DNA of 64,000 nucleotides from Rhodobacterales bacterium (GTDB lineage Bacteria; Pseudomonadota; Alphaproteobacteria; Rhodobacterales; Rhodobacteraceae): NCBI GenBank assembly GCA_041752495.1, contig JBGSWJ010000523.1, positions 38 to 64,037 of the forward strand, read 5' to 3'. Shown piece by piece: positions 60,243 to 64,000 of this stretch (position 1 is its first letter; each line of letters starts with the position of its first letter). The notes under the pieces were generated by a model. It saw only the letters and a program-made list of their open reading frames with translations, ran no database searches and was not told where the DNA came from. The position numbers and the translations under genes were made by a program.

Positions 60243-61631
60243 TCAGGCCCTGATCGGGATGTTGTCGCCAAGCCCTTCGGAAGTTTGTTCGACTTGCGCC
60301 AGGACCTTGTCGAGGGGCCATTCCACGATCACGATTGCGCCGGTCCAGTCATCGGCAGAGTTCGGACTCATGGCTCCGTTGGCAAAGCTGAGCCGCGCGC
60401 CGGATCGTTCGAGGAGGGTCTTGGCGATAAACAGACCAAGGCCCATACCTTCGTAGCCCGGTCTGCGGGCCCGGTCATCGGTTGTCTTGCGACCGCGCAT
60501 GAATGGGTCGCCGATCCGCCCCATGACAGATTGCGGAAAGCCCGGACCATCGTCCTCTATTCTTATGATTACAGAACGTTCTGTCCATGTTGCCTCAATC
60601 TCCACGCTGGATCTGGCGAAGTCGACGGCGTTCTGGATCAGGTTGCGCAGGCCATGGATGATTTCGGGCCGGCGCATGATGACGGGCTGACGCGACTCTT
60701 GGCCATCGTCGGGTGCTGCGGCGAAACGAACGGTCTTGCCGCGGTGGATGTGGGGTTCTGCCGCTTCGTTTACGACCGTCTCGAGGGGTGCGCTGCGGAG
60801 GTGAAGATCCTCTTTGCCGGCACGGCCCATGGAGCGGAGGATGTCGCGGCAGCGGTCGGCCTGAGTGCGGATCAGTTCGGCGTCGGCGCGCAATTCGGGT
60901 TGCCCGCCAAGGTCTTCCATCATCTCGCTGCTGACGAGTTTGATGGTTGCAAGCGGCGTGCCGAGTTCATGGGCGGCGGCTGCAACAACGCCGCCGAGGT
61001 CAGTGAGTTTCTGTTCCCGGGCCAAAGCGAGTTGGGTGGCAACGAGAGCTTCGGACATGAGGTGCATTTCTGTGGTGACCTGCCGGGCGTAGATGCCGAG
61101 AAAGACCACACCGATCATCAGGGCCGCCCAGAAGCCGAAGAGGAAAAGATCAGGCAGAACAAGGGCGTCGTCGTCTCTGGTCAAGAGGTGCACGTGCCAC
61201 TGGGAAAGTGCGGTCAGAAGAGTCATCGCGATGAGCCCGATCAGGATCGTGCTGCGCAGGTGCAGGACCGTGGCCGAGATCGTGACGGGGGCCAGCATGA
61301 GAAGAGCGAAGGGATTATGCAGCCCCCCCGTCAGGTAAAGCAGAAGCCCGAGTTGCAGGATGTCAAAGACAAGGAACATGCTCGCCTCTCGCTCCGACAG
61401 GCGGCGGCTTTCGGCAAAAAGGAATGTTGAGAACAGGTTGGCCACGATGGACGCCCCAATCGTGACGGCGGCCAGGCCCACTTCGATCTGAAGGTGAAAG
61501 ACCATGACGGCGACCACAACCGCAACGATCTGTCCCAGGATCGCAAACCAGCGGAGGATGACAAGGGTCCGCAGGCGGACCCAGTTGCTGCGGCTTTGTT
61601 CCTGAAACATCTCAAGCTCGGTCACGGCCAT
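60243..61631 (-). CDS. regB: Redox-responsive sensor histidine kinase RegB/PrrB/ActS
   Basis: Multi-TM N-terminus (LRWFAILGQIVAVVVAV..), H-box AAAHELGTPL and ATPase motifs. Start chosen at MAVTELEM (61631); 61637 and 61694 are alternatives. Confidence 0.9.
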   Translation of the reverse strand: MAVTELEMFQEQSRSNWVRLRTLVILRWFAILGQIVAVVVAVMVFHLQIEVGLAAVTIGASIVANLFSTFLFAESRRLSEREASMFLVFDILQLGLLLYLTGGLHNPFALLMLAPVTISATVLHLRSTILIGLIAMTLLTALSQWHVHLLTRDDDALVLPDLFLFGFWAALMIGVVFLGIYARQVTTEMHLMSEALVATQLALAREQKLTDLGGVVAAAAHELGTPLATIKLVSSEMMEDLGGQPELRADAELIRTQADRCRDILRSMGRAGKEDLHLRSAPLETVVNEAAEPHIHRGKTVRFAAAPDDGQESRQPVIMRRPEIIHGLRNLIQNAVDFARSSVEIEATWTERSVIIRIEDDGPGFPQSVMGRIGDPFMRGRKTTDDRARRPGYEGMGLGLFIAKTLLERSGARLSFANGAMSPNSADDWTGAIVIVEWPLDKVLAQVEQTSEGLGDNIPIRA

Positions 61632-61775
61632 GTGCATGCCCCCGGCTATGCGGCATATCTGCACCTTGATATGGGGCGCTTCACAGCGGATCAATGGCGC
61701 GACTTTTGTGGTGCGGTATCGCGTCTGTAACGCGACTGTATCACGTCGGTGCCAGAAGCAGAGAACGGGGCCAAT

Positions 61776-62408
61776 ATGCAGAACCGGACCATCGCCATTG
61801 CGGCAAGCGCCATCGTCGTGACCGGGCTTTTGGCGACCCTGCTGGCGTCAACTGTCTTTGCCCCGGCGGGCGATGCCTTTTCGGATTGCCGTGGCGGCGC
61901 GGTCGCGGGTGGTGATATCGGCGGGCCGTTCGAACTGGTCAACGCGGCGGGACAGACGGTGACGGACAAGGACGTCATCACGACGCCCAGCATAGTTTAC
62001 TTCGGCTATACATTTTGTCCCGACGTGTGCCCGCTGGACAATATGCGGAACGCGCAGGCGGTCGATATTCTGCAGGAACGCGGAATCACGGCGACGCCCG
62101 TGTTCATCTCGATTGACCCGGAGCGGGATACGCCCGAGGTCGTGGGGCAGTTTGCCATGAACTTCCACGACCGGATGATCGGCCTGACGGGGAGCCCCGA
62201 GCAGGTGGATGCGGCGTCAAAGGCCTATCGCACCTTCTATCGCAAGCAAGAGAGTGATGCGGATGATCCGTACTACCTGATGGACCATTCGACGTTCAGC
62301 TATCTTGTCCTGCCCGAGATCGGTTTTGTCGATTTCATCGGACGTGACGATACGCCCGAGGTTGTTGCCGACCGACTTGAATGCTTTGCAAAGGCTGCGG
62401 GCATTTGA
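61776..62408 (+). CDS. senC: SCO1/SenC/PrrC copper chaperone-like thiol-disulfide protein
   Basis: CPDVCP motif. Sits between regB and regA as in Rhodobacter. ATG 61776 is preferred over GTG 61749. Confidence 0.88.
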   Translation: MQNRTIAIAASAIVVTGLLATLLASTVFAPAGDAFSDCRGGAVAGGDIGGPFELVNAAGQTVTDKDVITTPSIVYFGYTFCPDVCPLDNMRNAQAVDILQERGITATPVFISIDPERDTPEVVGQFAMNFHDRMIGLTGSPEQVDAASKAYRTFYRKQESDADDPYYLMDHSTFSYLVLPEIGFVDFIGRDDTPEVVADRLECFAKAAGI

Positions 62409-62460
62409 CCCTGAGAGGATTGGGCGCTACTTCCCGATGAAATGACGGGAAGGAATTGCT

Positions 62461-63012
62461 GTGGATAGCGAAGCCTACGATCTGGGCGAAGACCGGACGC
62501 TTCTTCTGGTTGATGACGATGATGCGTTTCTGAAGCGTCTCGGCAAGGCGATGGAGAAACGCGGTTTCATCGTCGAACTGGCCGAAAGCGTGGCCGTCGG
62601 CAAATCCATCGCAATGTCCCGCCCGCCCGCCTATGCGGTGGTCGATCTGCGGCTTGAAGACGGAAACGGGCTCGACGTAGTCGAGACATTGCGGGACCGG
62701 CGGCCGGATTGCCGGGTCGTTGTGCTGACGGGCTATGGTGCGATTGCAACGGCCGTTGCTGCGGTCAAGATCGGGGCCATCGACTATCTGTCCAAGCCTG
62801 CCGATGCGACCGACGTGACCAACGCCCTGCTTGCGCGGAAATCCGAACTGCCGCCGCCGCCCGAAAACCCGATGAGCGCGGATCGCGTGCGGTGGGAACA
62901 TATCCAGCGCGTTTATGAACTGTGCGACCGAAATGTGAGCGAGACGGCCCGCCGGCTGAGCATGCATCGCCGGACGCTGCAGCGCATTCTGGCCAAGCGC
63001 AGCCCGAAGTAG
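62461..63012 (+). CDS. regA: Global redox response regulator RegA/PrrA/ActR
   Basis: 183 aa, GTG start. RTLLLVDDDDAFLKRLGKAMEKRGF.. and the C-terminal HTH NVSETARRLSMHRRTLQRILAKRSPK are almost identical to RegA as I remember it. Confidence 0.96.
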   Translation: MDSEAYDLGEDRTLLLVDDDDAFLKRLGKAMEKRGFIVELAESVAVGKSIAMSRPPAYAVVDLRLEDGNGLDVVETLRDRRPDCRVVVLTGYGAIATAVAAVKIGAIDYLSKPADATDVTNALLARKSELPPPPENPMSADRVRWEHIQRVYELCDRNVSETARRLSMHRRTLQRILAKRSPK

Positions 63013-63017
63013 CGCAG

Positions 63018-63905
63018 ATGGCCGGAGGGGTGGCGACAGGGACGGGCAACCGGGTGCGGCTGGGCATCGGCATCATGCTTTTGGGCATGCTGATGTTTTC
63101 ACTGAATGATGCGATGGGCAAATGGCTTGTCGCGACCTATTCCGTGGGCCAGGTTCTTTTGATTCGCAGTCTGTTTGCGCTGATCATCCTGATCCCCTTT
63201 GTCTGGCGGCTAGGGCTGCCGCGTTTGTTCGGGGTGGACAGGCCCGGCATTCAGGCCCTGCGCGTGGCCTTTGCGACGGCAGAGGTGTTCTGTTTCTATT
63301 GGGCTGTCCAGTATCTGCCGCTGGCCAATGTGATGACCTATTGGCTTGCCGCGCCGATCCTGACGGCGGCCATTTCTCCGATCCTGTTGCGCGAGAAGGT
63401 GGGGCTGTTGCAGTGGGCGGCGATTGCCGTGGGGTTCGTCGGCGTACTGATCGCGCTGTCGCCTTCGGCTGCGCTTTATTTCTGGCCGACCGTGGTCGCC
63501 ATGATCGGGATGACCTGCTTCACCTTCATGATGATCACGGGCCGTTCCCTGCGCGGGACGCCGGATGTGGCGCTGGTGTTCTGGCAGAGTGCTGGGGCGG
63601 GACTTGCCGGGCTGGTGCTGTCGCTGTTTTCGTGGACCCCGCCGACCGGGCAGGACTTTGTTCTGCTGGGCCTTCTGGGGATCGTCGCGATGACGGCGCA
63701 TGTTTGTGTGACCCGCGCTCTCAAGCTGGCAGATGCGGCGATCATTGCGCCGTTCCAGTATTCGCTGCTGCCGTTTGCGATCATCTGGGGCTGGCTGTTC
63801 TTTCGGGATGTGCCGCCGCCGTCGATGCTGCTTGGCGGTGTGATCATCTTTGCGGCAGGGATCTTTCTTTTCGTTGTCGACCAGCGGGCAAAGAAGGACG
63901 GCTAG
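63018..63905 (+). CDS. DMT superfamily (EamA-like) transporter
   Basis: Start MAGGVATGTGN (ATG 63018). About ten hydrophobic segments typical of two EamA repeats. Confidence 0.82.
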   Translation: MAGGVATGTGNRVRLGIGIMLLGMLMFSLNDAMGKWLVATYSVGQVLLIRSLFALIILIPFVWRLGLPRLFGVDRPGIQALRVAFATAEVFCFYWAVQYLPLANVMTYWLAAPILTAAISPILLREKVGLLQWAAIAVGFVGVLIALSPSAALYFWPTVVAMIGMTCFTFMMITGRSLRGTPDVALVFWQSAGAGLAGLVLSLFSWTPPTGQDFVLLGLLGIVAMTAHVCVTRALKLADAAIIAPFQYSLLPFAIIWGWLFFRDVPPPSMLLGGVIIFAAGIFLFVVDQRAKKDG

Positions 63906-64000
63906 GCCAGGTCAAACCGTTTCCGGACGCGGTCAACGAGACGTCCGTCTTTGAGCGGGATGCCCTTGATCACAGCATAATCGACAAAGCCCATGCCGCC
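63902..64000 (-). CDS. 3' end of an unidentified gene (only ~32 codons in window)
   Basis: Hand translation of the minus strand gives ..GMGFVDYAVIKGIPLKDGRLVDRVRKRFDLA*. Its stop overlaps the transporter stop (CTAG). Confidence 0.3.
   Translation of the reverse strand, partial: GGMGFVDYAVIKGIPLKDGRLVDRVRKRFDLA

Noticed and set aside
60201..61430. 409-aa plus-strand ORF opposite regB, and 21790-22947 (385 aa) opposite rho
   Set aside because: Both are antisense to highly recognisable genes and show no motifs.
1..64000. Scan for rRNA, tRNA, CRISPR arrays and large tandem repeats
   Set aside because: No cloverleaf-like, repeat-spacer or rRNA-like segments were noticed. All sizeable non-coding gaps are accounted for above.

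Overview
High-GC alphaproteobacterial chromosome segment. I infer a Rhodobacterales-type core from RegB-SenC-RegA, parAB-rsmG-mnmG-mnmE-rho, hrcA-grpE, addAB and a near-textbook RegA sequence. It holds about 60 protein genes; I saw no rRNA, tRNA, CRISPR or IS element. Main landmarks: (1) A probable chromosomal origin (oriC) at about 23.5-23.9 kb between hemJ and maf, with a stretch of about 20% GC and eight DnaA-box-like 9-mers. (2) An accessory island of about 14.4 kb (34.6-49.0 kb) wedged between hslV and hslU. It encodes an alginate-type (GDP-mannuronate to polymannuronate) synthase-dependent exopolysaccharide machine: AlgD, Alg8, Alg44-like, AlgA/ManC, an AlgG-like beta-helix, AlgX-like, AlgL-like and two Sel1-repeat periplasmic proteins. 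A divergent lyase-like lipoprotein and an orphan BrnA-type antitoxin sit at its edges. The machine looks non-canonical. It has no porin (AlgE) and no AlgI/AlgJ/AlgF. By eye, several hallmark motifs are replaced: the Alg44 PilZ RxxxR/DxSxxG, AlgX DxH, AlgG DPHD, AlgL NNH and the AlgA PMI-cupin histidines. (3) Four helically phased CtrA-type TTAAC half-sites lie upstream of a PAS-only signalling protein next to regB. (4) Two smaller accessory blocks: a three-gene insert between coaE and dnaQ, and an rbsK / class-IV aminotransferase / sulfotransferase-like / PhyH-dioxygenase operon. All calls come from reading the supplied ORF translations and the DNA by eye. No database search or computed alignment was possible, so the motif-loss statements are hypotheses that need alignment.
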